Positions 52,463-61,870 of a stretch of DNA of 64,000 bases are shown here, piece by piece (within the stretch, counting starts at the first letter, position 1; every line of letters begins with the position of its first letter). The notes beneath the pieces are model-generated. The model was not told the origin of the DNA. It did not search any database and saw only the letters and a list, made by a program, of their open reading frames with translations. Made by a program: the position numbers and the translations under genes. Origin of the DNA: Cyanobacteriota bacterium (GTDB lineage: Bacteria; Cyanobacteriota; Cyanobacteriia; Thermostichales; Thermostichaceae); the NCBI GenBank assembly GCA_033764955.1, contig JANRIL010000019.1, positions 96,001 through 160,000 on the forward strand, given 5' to 3'.

Positions 52463-53335
52463 TTAGTTGAAGGAAGAAACGGGCCGCTCATAAACCTGTT
52501 CTTTCACTTCCCCAAAGCTGCCCATCACCCCCAAATCCTGATTATTAAACGTCACCAAAACCCCACCTGCATTACCCGCCCGTAGGACAATTGACTGATC
52601 GGCAGAATAATTTAGCTCAGCTCCGGGTTGTAGGGTTGCTTCAAACACCGTTTGTCCATCCGCAACCACCCGCAGCCAAGAGGGACGTTCTACAACGCGG
52701 ATATCCAGTTGCACGGGTTTGCTACTGTCGGCGGTAATGGGGGAAGGGGGAAAAACTCCGGCAATCGCTGTCCATTGAGTAATATCGGCAAAAACCTGGC
52801 GGGGAGTCTGATCCAGAGACTCTGTAGTAGTGGGAGGGGACTGGCTAACTCCCTCTGGCTGGGGGGGCCAAGGGACGGATCTGACCCATTTCAAGGGTTG
52901 TAACCAGCCCTTAAAGGGGTTAATGCCCCCCTCCAAAAAGGCTGATAGACTGCCGATGGCGACCACAATCAACACAACATAGGCCGTCCACAGGTGAAGG
53001 GGACGCAGAGAGAAGTTGGGCTTGGGTTGGGCGGCGATGGGTTTGAGAGCCTCACGGCGGGTGAAAAGGGGCAACGCCCGCTTGACAATCACCTCGCCTT
53101 CTAGCCCCAGATAGTCGGCGTAGCGCTTGAGAAAACCTCGCACATAAATGGCTTCGGGTAACTGCGAGGGTTTGCCGTTTTCTAGGGCTTCTAAATAGGT
53201 CAGACGAATATAGGTGTCGTGGGAGACTTCCCCTAAGGTTAATCCTCTCGCTTCCCGAGTTTGGCGGAGCAGTGTCCCTAGCGACTCTAATGAGGCGAAG
53301 GGTTCGTTGGTGGGTAGCATTGGATCAACAGACAT
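52463..53335 (-). CDS. rodZ: RodZ-family HTH membrane protein (C-terminal DUF4115-like domain)
   Basis: LGTLLRQTREARGLTL, YLEALENG..LPEAIYVRGFLKRYA, one TM, SWLRVVADG, GNAGGV. Confidence 0.85.
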   Translation of the reverse strand: MSVDPMLPTNEPFASLESLGTLLRQTREARGLTLGEVSHDTYIRLTYLEALENGKPSQLPEAIYVRGFLKRYADYLGLEGEVIVKRALPLFTRREALKPIAAQPKPNFSLRPLHLWTAYVVLIVVAIGSLSAFLEGGINPFKGWLQPLKWVRSVPWPPQPEGVSQSPPTTTESLDQTPRQVFADITQWTAIAGVFPPSPITADSSKPVQLDIRVVERPSWLRVVADGQTVFEATLQPGAELNYSADQSIVLRAGNAGGVLVTFNNQDLGVMGSFGEVKEQVYERPVSSFN

Positions 53336-54152
53336 GATCGGCTTGCGACTCGTGATGAAGGTTGGCAAGCTCAGTGCTACTGAGCCATCGAAACTGGCCT
53401 GGGAGCAATGCCCCTAACGAGAGAGAACCAATCGCTTGCCGATGAAGATAGACCACGGGGTGACCCAGATAGTCGGCGATGCGGCGAATTTGCCGTTTGC
53501 GCCCCTCTCTCATGACAATCATAAGCCAGGTCATATCGTCATGTTGCCCTGGAGGAGTGATTGGATCAGGGATCCCAAGCCCAACAGCAGGACAATAGTC
53601 TACCTGAGCAGGCAAAGTTGTCCCTTCTTCTAAGTCTACTCCTTCTCGCCATTGTTGTAGGGTTGCCTCCCCCACTCTCCCCTTCACCCCCACCCGATAG
53701 GTTTTGGGAATGTGGTAACGGGGATGGGTCAGGCGCAAGGCCAACTCGCCATCATTGGTTAACAAAATCGCCCCCGTGCTGTCCCGGTCGAGCCGTCCTA
53801 CTGGATAAAGTCGGTAGGCTTGGCGAAGCGAAGTAGGTAGCAGATCCAAAACAGTGCGGCGTTGCTGGGGATCCCGACAGGTGGAGAGAATCCCCACGGG
53901 TTTGTGGAGCAGTAGGGTGACCGTTGCAGGAGGAGAGGCCGTGTTGCTGGCAAGGGATCCCCCCGATAGGCGGCGGCCATCCAGCCAAATCTCATCCCGC
54001 TCCAGATCAACCTTGTAGCCCAGTTCCCTAATCACCGCCTGGTTAACCTGCACCCTTCCTGCCACAATCATCCCTTCCGCCTGCCGACGGGAGGCTACTC
54101 CCAGATGAGCCAGAACTTTTTGCAGACGGTGCGAACCTTGCAGGGATCCCAT
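53325..54152 (-). CDS. rRNA pseudouridine synthase (RsuA/RluB family)
   Basis: S4 domain RLQKVLAHLGVASRR, LHKPVG, YPVGRLDRDSTG, EGRKRQIRR. Confidence 0.92.
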   Translation of the reverse strand: MGSLQGSHRLQKVLAHLGVASRRQAEGMIVAGRVQVNQAVIRELGYKVDLERDEIWLDGRRLSGGSLASNTASPPATVTLLLHKPVGILSTCRDPQQRRTVLDLLPTSLRQAYRLYPVGRLDRDSTGAILLTNDGELALRLTHPRYHIPKTYRVGVKGRVGEATLQQWREGVDLEEGTTLPAQVDYCPAVGLGIPDPITPPGQHDDMTWLMIVMREGRKRQIRRIADYLGHPVVYLHRQAIGSLSLGALLPGQFRWLSSTELANLHHESQADHVC

Positions 54153-54167
54153 GCGCTTGAGTCCGAT

Positions 54168-54686
54168 CTAGCTAGCAGCAGGTTGTTCGGAGGAGGGAGG
54201 TAAGGGGTCAAAAAAACCGGAGGAGCTGCCTCGTTCCGAAAGAATGGAGCGGGGAAAAGATTCTGACCGTGAGGGAGAAAGACTGCCAATAAACGAGTAA
54301 ACCAACCCGCAATCAAACTCCTCCGCCAGCCGACAGACCTCCTTCAGATCGGCCACCGACCAGATGCTCCAACTGCCGCGAATTTCATTATCTACCCGCA
54401 CTTCCACACGATTGCCATCAATATAGATCAACCGTTGAGTGGGAATTTCCGGCTCGAGGGGATGATAGCCCGCCTGAATGGGATCCACCCCCAAAGCGGT
54501 CAGGGCAATTAACAACTGGGGTAGCGCTGCCAACAATTGCTGGCTGGCTCGATCTGGCTGACCCTTGATGCAGGCCAGCAAGGCTTCCGTGACCGTTTCG
54601 TTGAGATTTTTGAGGGCTTGTAGGGGAGGGATAGACTCAGCCTCTGAGGTTTGCTGAATTTGCTTCAGAGCACTTTGCAGATCCAT
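54168..54686 (-). CDS. Hypothetical protein
   Basis: 172-aa ATG ORF ending 15 nt upstream of the pseudouridine synthase on the same strand. Confidence 0.65.
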   Translation of the reverse strand: MDLQSALKQIQQTSEAESIPPLQALKNLNETVTEALLACIKGQPDRASQQLLAALPQLLIALTALGVDPIQAGYHPLEPEIPTQRLIYIDGNRVEVRVDNEIRGSWSIWSVADLKEVCRLAEEFDCGLVYSFIGSLSPSRSESFPRSILSERGSSSGFFDPLPPSSEQPAAS

Positions 54687-55103
54687 GCTGAGGAGGTGGG
54701 TGAAGGAGCTTTATCCATTTAAGGATGAATTAATCATAGCAAGTCCTTGTTTTCGATGAGCGATTTTTCGGCACTTGTGGGGAGAAAGATTGGCTTGAGA
54801 AGCCTTGCTTTTGTTTTTCGATAGTGACTTCCTGATAGGCCGCTCATTTTTCTCATCCTGATCGAAGCAGTTTTCTAGAAAGTTAGTGAAGGATTGAGGC
54901 GATGAGATCTATCAATCTAGGGCGGTTGGGATCCCTCTCCATCTCTTTTCAGGAGGAGTCGCTTCGATTCTCTTCCCTAAGGGTTTACTGACCATCGGGA
55001 TCCCTCGCTTCCCTTTCCACCAGCTATCTTCAAAGAGGACAGCGACCCCAGCCCGTCTGAGTTTCCATCCTCCAGGCTGCCCATCGCCAATTTCTGAAAA
55101 GTT

Positions 55104-56270
55104 ATGGTCACACTTACCACCCTGCTGCGGACAGGGCTGATCGGGGGGATCAGCGCCCTACTCCTTTTCACGGATCCCGTTTCCCCTCATCCCACCGCAT
55201 CACTACCGATTTCCGGTCTTACCCTCTGGGGAGAAGCCATCTTACCCCATGGATCGGTCACAGTAGCAGGCACACCAATGGGAGGACTCTCCGGTCTCAC
55301 CTATGATGCCAAGCGCCATCTCTACTACGCCGTATCCGATGATCCCTCCCAGAACGGCCCAGCGCGGTTCTATACCCTAACCATTCAGGGGGGAGCAAAA
55401 CCCCGTGATCCGATGCGGGTGGAGGTGGTCGGGGTCACTCCACTGCGGCGTCCCGATGGGCAACCTTTTGGCAAGGGGACTGTGGATCCCGAAGGAATTG
55501 CCTACACCACCCAAGACTCCCTGTGGATTGCTTCGGAAGGGATAGTGAATCGGCAGGGAAACCGCTTGATTACCCCCTTCATTCATGAGTTTGATCGACA
55601 GGGTAGACATCGAGGAGCGTTGCCCATTCCTCCTAAGGTCATGCCGCGGCTGGTCAACGGCATCCCTGTCGCCGGGATCCGCCATAATTTGTCGTTAGAA
55701 AGTTTGACATTGACTCCTGACCAGAGATTTTTGCTGACTGCCACTGAGAATGCCTTGGTGCCAGATGGGGAGGTGGCTAGCCCGACTTCCGGCAGCTTAG
55801 CGCGGATTCTTAAATATGATCTAAGGCAAGGAACGGTTGTGCGGGAAGCTCTCTATGTGACGGATCCCGTAGCGGCTCCTCCTTTGATAGCCAATGGATT
55901 TCAAACCAGCGGCTTGGTGGAACTCCTGGCGTTGGACAATTCTGGCGAGCAATTGCTGGCTTTAGAGCGCTCGTTTGCGGTGGGACGCGGGCATCGCATC
56001 ACGATTTATCGAGTTGATCTGGCTGGGGCCACCCCAATTCAGGAGATAGACAGCCTAAAAGCTATCGATATTTCCAGCATCGTGCCCGCTCAAAAACAAT
56101 TGCTCCTCAGTTTAGAAACCTTGCGCCTACCCAATGGTTTATCCAATCTGGAAGGAATGACCCTGGGATCCCTTCTCCCCAATGGACAGCCCAGCCTAGT
56201 CTTGATCAGCGATGACAATTTTCAAGCAGGGCAATTCACGCAGGTTTTGCTGTTTAGCCTTGATTTTTAG
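55104..56270 (+). CDS. Esterase-like activity of phytase family exported protein
   Basis: Signal peptide; GGLSGLTYD, YAVSDD, DPEGI, IASEG, NLSLESL, NLEGM, LISDDNF. Confidence 0.85.
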   Translation: MVTLTTLLRTGLIGGISALLLFTDPVSPHPTASLPISGLTLWGEAILPHGSVTVAGTPMGGLSGLTYDAKRHLYYAVSDDPSQNGPARFYTLTIQGGAKPRDPMRVEVVGVTPLRRPDGQPFGKGTVDPEGIAYTTQDSLWIASEGIVNRQGNRLITPFIHEFDRQGRHRGALPIPPKVMPRLVNGIPVAGIRHNLSLESLTLTPDQRFLLTATENALVPDGEVASPTSGSLARILKYDLRQGTVVREALYVTDPVAAPPLIANGFQTSGLVELLALDNSGEQLLALERSFAVGRGHRITIYRVDLAGATPIQEIDSLKAIDISSIVPAQKQLLLSLETLRLPNGLSNLEGMTLGSLLPNGQPSLVLISDDNFQAGQFTQVLLFSLDF

Positions 56271-56337
56271 CGGGTTGTATGGATTAACTATGAGGATTCC
56301 AGACCGGACAACCCTCTCTTTCAACAGATTCTTTCTT

Positions 56338-57036
56338 TCAACAGCTTTGTCTCTCGACAGGGATCCTCAGTTTGTCATAGCTCATTTTCTCATAGTAAAG
56401 AATCGACTCTAGTTCGGCTAAGGCCGTTTCAACATTGTCATTCACAATTAAATAATCAAACTCACCACTGGCCGCCAGTTCTGCCTCCGCCTGTGCTAGC
56501 CGCTTTTGAATACTGGCTTCCGAGTCCTGGGCACGTTCCCGCAACCGTCGTTCCAACTCCGCCAGCGAAGGGGGGCTGATAAAAATGCGAATGGCCTCCG
56601 GACAGCGCTGAGCAATTTGCCGGGATCCCTCTAGCTCAATCTCCAACAACACATCCTGCCCCTGTTGGAGTTGCTGCTGCACGGTGGCTAGGGGAGTGCC
56701 ATAAAAGTTGCCCGCATATTCTGCCCATTCCAATAGTCCGCCTGCTTCTTGCAGTTGCAAAAACTCTTCCCGGCTCCGAAAGAAATAATTGACACCTTCT
56801 GCTTCTCCGGGGCGAGGGGGGCGGGTGGTCACAGAGACCGAAAAATGTAGGTCAGGATGGTGCCGGCGCAACTGTTTGACTAGGGTGCCTTTGCCCACTC
56901 CGCTGGGGCCGGTGACCACCAGCAAGCGACCCGCTTGAGAGGGAGCCGGCGGATCTGTGGGGAAAAGCTCAGACAGCTCAGGCTCTAGGGTGGATGGGCA
57001 GTCTGGCGGCATTGATGCGGTAAGGGGATTAACCAT
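56338..57036 (-). CDS. gmk: Guanylate kinase
   Basis: [43 protein letters not shown]. Confidence 0.95.
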   Translation of the reverse strand: MVNPLTASMPPDCPSTLEPELSELFPTDPPAPSQAGRLLVVTGPSGVGKGTLVKQLRRHHPDLHFSVSVTTRPPRPGEAEGVNYFFRSREEFLQLQEAGGLLEWAEYAGNFYGTPLATVQQQLQQGQDVLLEIELEGSRQIAQRCPEAIRIFISPPSLAELERRLRERAQDSEASIQKRLAQAEAELAASGEFDYLIVNDNVETALAELESILYYEKMSYDKLRIPVERQSC

Positions 57037-57126
57037 AAATCCAAAGAAGCGGGGGGAGGTTTTGGATCAAGACGCCGGAAACGCCGCCGGGGTGTCTTTG
57101 GGAAAAACTTGTTTTTTTAGGATATC

Positions 57127-57393
57127 TCACTCCTCCTCCAGTAAGCTGCTGCGGCTGGTCATAAATCGGTTGGCTACGGTTTCCGGCTGAATGGCGGATA
57201 AGATGACATGCCCAGAATCCGCAATAATCACCGCACGGGTACGGCGACCATAGGTGGCATCGATCAGCTGTCCACGCTCACGGGCGTCTTGGATCGTGCG
57301 TTTGATGGGAGCTGACTCTGGACTGACAATGGCAATCACCCGTCCTGCTGCCACAATGTTGCCAAAGCCAATGTTAATGAGTCGAATATCCAT
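57127..57393 (-). CDS. remA: RemA/DUF370 family regulator
   Basis: [10 protein letters not shown]...[13 protein letters not shown]...[28 protein letters not shown]; conserved linkage upstream of gmk. Confidence 0.92.
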   Translation of the reverse strand: MDIRLINIGFGNIVAAGRVIAIVSPESAPIKRTIQDARERGQLIDATYGRRTRAVIIADSGHVILSAIQPETVANRFMTSRSSLLEEE

Positions 57394-57633
57394 AGGTTCA
57401 AAAGTGCGGGCAGCGCCATCTGCCAAAACTTTAACAGAATCCCTCCCTCCAGCCATTTCGTATCCCTCTCCGATCCGACAAGCGAGGGATCCCTAAATCC
57501 AATCGATCAATCTTGACAAGCCGTGGAGTCAGATGAAACTGAGAGATGGAAAAAGCTGGTTTTCCTCTGCAATACTTGACTTAACCTAACCCATCCGTTA
57601 ATTCATCAATCAACCCATCAACAGTAGGCAGCT

Positions 57634-57849
57634 ATGGCAATTAAACGTGGATCGATGGTCAAAGCCGTTCGAGAAAAGCTGATCAACAGCCTGGAATCTT
57701 TGGCGAATGACTCCTTGATTCCGGAGTATGTGTTTCAGACTCCCGGAGAAGTGGTGGATTTGAAGGACAACTACGCCCAAGTCAAGTTTTTGGCGGTTCC
57801 TACCCCCACAGTCTGGCTACAGATTGAGCAGTTGGAGGAAGTGGCCTAA
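57634..57849 (+). CDS. ndhO: NDH-1 subunit O
   Basis: [37 protein letters not shown]. Confidence 0.92.
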   Translation: MAIKRGSMVKAVREKLINSLESLANDSLIPEYVFQTPGEVVDLKDNYAQVKFLAVPTPTVWLQIEQLEEVA

Positions 57850-57925
57850 TTTTTTTTGTTTGTATTTGATACAGAATCTTTGGCTTGTGATTGAATAGCA
57901 ACTAGGGCTAACTTCGCTTCTCCCG

Positions 57926-58789
57926 ATGCCAAACGCAGACTTTCTCCCCCCGTTAACAGCTCCCACCCGTGAACAGTTAATGCAGCGTCGTCAGCAGTTA
58001 CGGCAACAGCGTCGCCATCGCACCCTTCAGGGTACCTGGCGGGTGGTTTCAACGGTTGTGCTGTTGGGGGGGCTGGTACAAGGGATCCGCCAACCCTACT
58101 GGCAATTGCAACAGGCCAACCAAATTGAAATAGAGGGCAACCAGTGGTTAACGGATCAGCAGATTCGCGCCCAGTTGCCTTTAAGCTTTCCAATCAATGT
58201 CTGGCAGGTTCAGCCCCAGCAAATTCAACAGGCGCTGCTCAACCAACCCGAGGAGGATCCCTGGCAGGCTTCCCCCATACGCCAAGTGTCGGTGCGGCGA
58301 CAATTATTTCCCCCCCTAGTCAGCCTCCAGATTGAGGAGCGACAACCGCTTGCCCGCAGTCAGGTCAAAGGGGTGATGGGATTGGTGGATGGGGAAGGTC
58401 TCTGGCTCTCTTTGAAAAACTATCCGACTTTAGCGGCCAGCCGTGATCTGCCCAGCCTGACCCTCTTAGGATGGGAACTTCACCCTCCCCAGCAGTGGGC
58501 TAGCCTATTAGCGGCGTTGCAAACCTCATCAGTCAAGGTAGAGGCTGTGGATTGGCAAAGTACGGAAGCGCTCTATTTGCTGACCGAATTGGGCAAAGTG
58601 TATCTGGGATCCCTGACCCCTCAACTGCCCCAACAACTGCAAGCCCTGGCTCAAATGCGCGATCTGCAACGCTACTGCCAGTGTGATCCACGGGATATTG
58701 ACTACATCGACCTGAGTAGTCCGACGGTTCCCACCATTCAACTCACCCCCCAAGCCGCCGCCCAACGCTGGGGGGAGCCTTCCCCATAA
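57926..58789 (+). CDS. ftsQ: Cell division protein FtsQ/DivIB
   Basis: Arg-rich N-terminus, one TM, POTRA-like IEIEGNQWL, VRRQLFPP..IEERQP, TELGKVYLG, YIDLSSP. Confidence 0.85.
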   Translation: MPNADFLPPLTAPTREQLMQRRQQLRQQRRHRTLQGTWRVVSTVVLLGGLVQGIRQPYWQLQQANQIEIEGNQWLTDQQIRAQLPLSFPINVWQVQPQQIQQALLNQPEEDPWQASPIRQVSVRRQLFPPLVSLQIEERQPLARSQVKGVMGLVDGEGLWLSLKNYPTLAASRDLPSLTLLGWELHPPQQWASLLAALQTSSVKVEAVDWQSTEALYLLTELGKVYLGSLTPQLPQQLQALAQMRDLQRYCQCDPRDIDYIDLSSPTVPTIQLTPQAAAQRWGEPSP

Positions 58790-58802
58790 GCTAGGCCACC
58801 AG

Positions 58803-60071
58803 CTAGGTTCTCCTAGCCTGCTCACCAGGATCCCCATCAACAGGACTTTTGCTGGGGTCAACCTCCCCTCGTTCCAGAAGGCGGGGGGCAAAGGTAGGAA
58901 TAGCCCAGGCTCCCAAGGGGGCTGTCAAGAGAATTGAGAGGGCGGAGAGCGCCAAAATGTCTTCTCCTCCCGACAGTCCTTGGCTGAGGGGAATCGCTCC
59001 AATCGCCGCTTGAACGGTGGCCTTAGCAGAATTAGCGGGCAGCAAAAACAGCCGTTCTTTGAGAGTCCAATTGCTGCCCACAGTGGATAGATACCAGCCC
59101 AAACTACGGCCCAGCAGCGTGCCTATGCCCAAGATCAAGATCCCCACCCCCAGCCGTTCCGTTAGCACCGACAGAGGCAGTTGGGATCCCAGCAACACAA
59201 ACAAAAAAATTTCGGCACCCACCCAGAGGTGGTCAAATCCCCTCCGTAATCGATCAGCCAGAGGCGGATCCATTTCGATGAGAAAAAAGCCTGCCGCCAT
59301 CACGGCCAAATAACCGGAAAAAATGGGCAATCGCTCAGCCGCAACCACCATCCCCAAGGCAAAAGCCGCCGTGATCAACACCTCCTGTCCGACATTCTGG
59401 GCCCAGTGGTGTTGGGTGAAAAGCCATCGCTCCAGCCTTGCCATCCACCATCCTGCCACAATGCCCAAGCCGATTTGGCAGACCACCTGTAGAGAGAAGC
59501 CCAGCCAGATGGGTAACTCCAACCCCTCCCCTCCCCTCTCTGGGGACAAGCCAGCCATCAGCAGACTAAACAGCAGCAATAGCAACACATCCGAGAGGGC
59601 GCTCCCCGTCAAGATGGCGTCCGGGATCCCTTTGCTCACCCCCCAACCCAAACTTTTGAGGCGCAGCATCCCCGGCACAATCACCGCCGGAGACTCTGCC
59701 CCAATCACACAGCCCAATATCAGACCCGTTCGCCAATCCAAGCCCAGCAGGCCAACGCTAGCCACCGCGATGAGCAGTGCTTCGCTGAGAGCTGGCAAAA
59801 ACCCCAACCGCAAGGCCACACTTCCCTGCTGACGGAGCTTCTGTCGATCTAAACCCAACCCCGCCTTCATCAAGATGATCATGACGGCGATGGTGCGAAA
59901 GGCTGCTGCTGCCCCCAATAGCTCTGTATCTAAGAGTCCGCTCACCTCTGGCCCCAGCAGGATGCCAGCCCCCACCATGCCCAGCAAGGGAGGCAGCCCC
60001 AGGCGTCTCACCCCCTGCCCCGCCCAAAATCCGGCCAAGATAATCCAAACGATACTGATCAGACTTGCCAT
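58803..60071 (-). CDS. Cation:proton antiporter
   Basis: Multi-TM protein; LPPLLGMV..GILLGP, ILMKAGLGLD, AESPAVIVP, KATVQAAIG. Confidence 0.88.
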   Translation of the reverse strand: MASLISIVWIILAGFWAGQGVRRLGLPPLLGMVGAGILLGPEVSGLLDTELLGAAAAFRTIAVMIILMKAGLGLDRQKLRQQGSVALRLGFLPALSEALLIAVASVGLLGLDWRTGLILGCVIGAESPAVIVPGMLRLKSLGWGVSKGIPDAILTGSALSDVLLLLLFSLLMAGLSPERGGEGLELPIWLGFSLQVVCQIGLGIVAGWWMARLERWLFTQHHWAQNVGQEVLITAAFALGMVVAAERLPIFSGYLAVMAAGFFLIEMDPPLADRLRRGFDHLWVGAEIFLFVLLGSQLPLSVLTERLGVGILILGIGTLLGRSLGWYLSTVGSNWTLKERLFLLPANSAKATVQAAIGAIPLSQGLSGGEDILALSALSILLTAPLGAWAIPTFAPRLLERGEVDPSKSPVDGDPGEQARRT

Positions 60072-60354
60072 GCTGACTCCTAATGGAAGGGGATCCCTGG
60101 GCAGTCTTGCCATCCTCCCCCTAACTCAGCAATAAATCGCAACTTGCCAGCCAGAATTTATGAAGACTTAAGACAAAACGATCAAGGGTTAAGGGATCCC
60201 GTTCTAATTTAATGGCGGCTTGCTCTCATGCAACCTCAACGGCAATCGTAAAATCTCAAGGCTGTGCGGATCCCTACAGGAAATATCCCTTGATATTTTG
60301 TGGATGTCGGTAATTGCTGTAAAGTTTCTCTACGTTTCTTTAAGGATTATCCTC

Positions 60355-60657
60355 ATGATTTTCGCTGTTATTCCTCCTACTCCGGTTTGGTCTCCTTCTA
60401 TCGCTATCGTGATGATCGCCTGTAACGTAGCCGCCGTTCTCCTTTGGAAAACGATTGTTCCCTTGATTAACAGTTGGCTGGGAGCGATTGGCTATGAAGC
60501 GCGCAGCGTTTTAACGATTCCTGCGGGCAGCGAAATTTACACATTTAATTTTCCAGGGCTGACCCTAACCCTGCCAGAGTTGCTGGCTGCCGCTAGTTTT
60601 GGACATTTGATCGGAGCCGGAGTGATTTTGGGGTTAACCCGTTTAGGGGCGCTCTAA
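60355..60657 (+). CDS. psaK: Photosystem I reaction centre subunit PsaK (long-loop variant)
   Basis: VPPT-like IPPTPVWSPSIAIVMIACN and LPELLAAASFGHLIGAGVILGL. ATG at 60355 with AAGGA upstream. Confidence 0.88.
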   Translation: MIFAVIPPTPVWSPSIAIVMIACNVAAVLLWKTIVPLINSWLGAIGYEARSVLTIPAGSEIYTFNFPGLTLTLPELLAAASFGHLIGAGVILGLTRLGAL

Positions 60658-60859
60658 AACGAACTTCACAAACTTTCCGTCATTTTTTACTCGGCAGGGA
60701 AATTGGAGTCAGAAATTTGAGGTTTTGGCTATCGACACCTGAGAATTTTGGGACTATCAAGGATGGAAGAGAGTTTTTTCTCTGGCCTAGCCAGAATCTC
60801 ATATCGAGAAGCTAAAGTGGGTCAATCAGTTCTCTAGCACTTTCTCTAGGGTCACTCCT

Positions 60860-61417
60860 ATGAACCTATCATCTAACCTGACTAAGCTGGCGCTTGCTTT
60901 TCCGGCCACACTACTGGTAGCTAGCGTAGCCACTGCCTATCCCTGTAATCGTGCCAAGTCGGTCAACGTTGTGGAAACCTCTTCCCAACGGATCCGCATT
61001 GAACAGGTGGATTCCCCTTCCGGGACTATTTTTCGGGTGATCCCCGCGTCTTTTTCTTCTGACCCACAAGCCACTGGTTTTATTGGGGTTGCCATTGAGC
61101 AACTCACTCCTGAGCGGGCTGAAGATCTGAATCGGCAACGCACCTTTGGTCGCTCCATTCCTGAAACGGAAGGGGTATTGGTCTTGAGAACCCTCAGCGA
61201 TGGCCCCGCCGAACTGGCTGGCTTACAAGCCGGAGATGTGCTGTTGGGGGTAAATGGCGAAATGGTGACGAGTGTGCAGCAGGTGCAACAGTTGATTGGC
61301 GGTAGCCAGGTGGGACAGATGGTTCCTGTTACCTACCAGCGGGGTCGGGCTGTTGATACCACGGTGGTGTCGGTGGGGGATGCTCAGGTGCTGCGGGGCA
61401 GAATGCTCAGAGAATAG
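60860..61417 (+). CDS. Exported stand-alone PDZ-domain protein
   Basis: Signal peptide; HtrA-like PDZ (GFIGV, EGVLV, GPAELAGLQAGDVLLGVNG); no protease domain. Confidence 0.8.
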   Translation: MNLSSNLTKLALAFPATLLVASVATAYPCNRAKSVNVVETSSQRIRIEQVDSPSGTIFRVIPASFSSDPQATGFIGVAIEQLTPERAEDLNRQRTFGRSIPETEGVLVLRTLSDGPAELAGLQAGDVLLGVNGEMVTSVQQVQQLIGGSQVGQMVPVTYQRGRAVDTTVVSVGDAQVLRGRMLRE

Positions 61418-61436
61418 CTCCGGTTAGATAGCTTGC

Positions 61437-61482
61437 AACAATGGGGGTGGCGACTGGATCGGGTTGCCACTTTCGTTGTTTT
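61437..61482 (+). terminator. Possible intrinsic terminator after the PDZ gene
   Basis: Stem GTGGCGAC/GTTGCCAC, extendable with G-U pairs, followed by a T-rich tract. Confidence 0.4.
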
Positions 61483-61564
61483 ATAGGTTGGGGGTGGGGG
61501 CTAATGGGTCGGCGGGGAGGCATCCCCAGCTTGTAGAAGATAGAAGATATAGGAGATAGACCCT

Positions 61565-61864
61565 GTGATTGTGGTGGTTTGTTTGGTCAATGCCCTGTTA
61601 TTTTTGGCTTTGCTCTGGGCTTTGCCTGCCATCTGGGGAGTGCGGGAAGCCTTACGCATCACAGCGGGGCTGATGACGGAGTGGGCGGAGGCGGCAGAGG
61701 CAGCCTTGCACCCCGCGCCCGCCGCACTGGGGCAGTTACGGCAATCCTTACGGCAAAGCCGCGCCCGTTTGACGGAATGGCAACAACGGTTGAAGCTGTG
61801 GCGGGGGCTGATGGGTGTGGGGCGTTGGGTGTGGCAACAATGGATCGGCTCGGCGGCGAGGTAA
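61565..61864 (+). CDS. Hypothetical small membrane protein
   Basis: GTG start after AGGAG; N-terminal TM; ends 6 nt before the hydantoinase B gene. Confidence 0.6.
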   Translation: MIVVVCLVNALLFLALLWALPAIWGVREALRITAGLMTEWAEAAEAALHPAPAALGQLRQSLRQSRARLTEWQQRLKLWRGLMGVGRWVWQQWIGSAAR

Positions 61865-61870
61865 CCAGGC

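Noticed and set aside
60072..60200. Fluoride riboswitch upstream of the cation:proton antiporter
   Set aside because: No GGnGAUGG...GCUGAUGAC consensus was visible.
60318..60333. Possible NtcA site upstream of psaK
   Set aside because: Spacing is GTA-N9-TAC, not GTA-N8-TAC.
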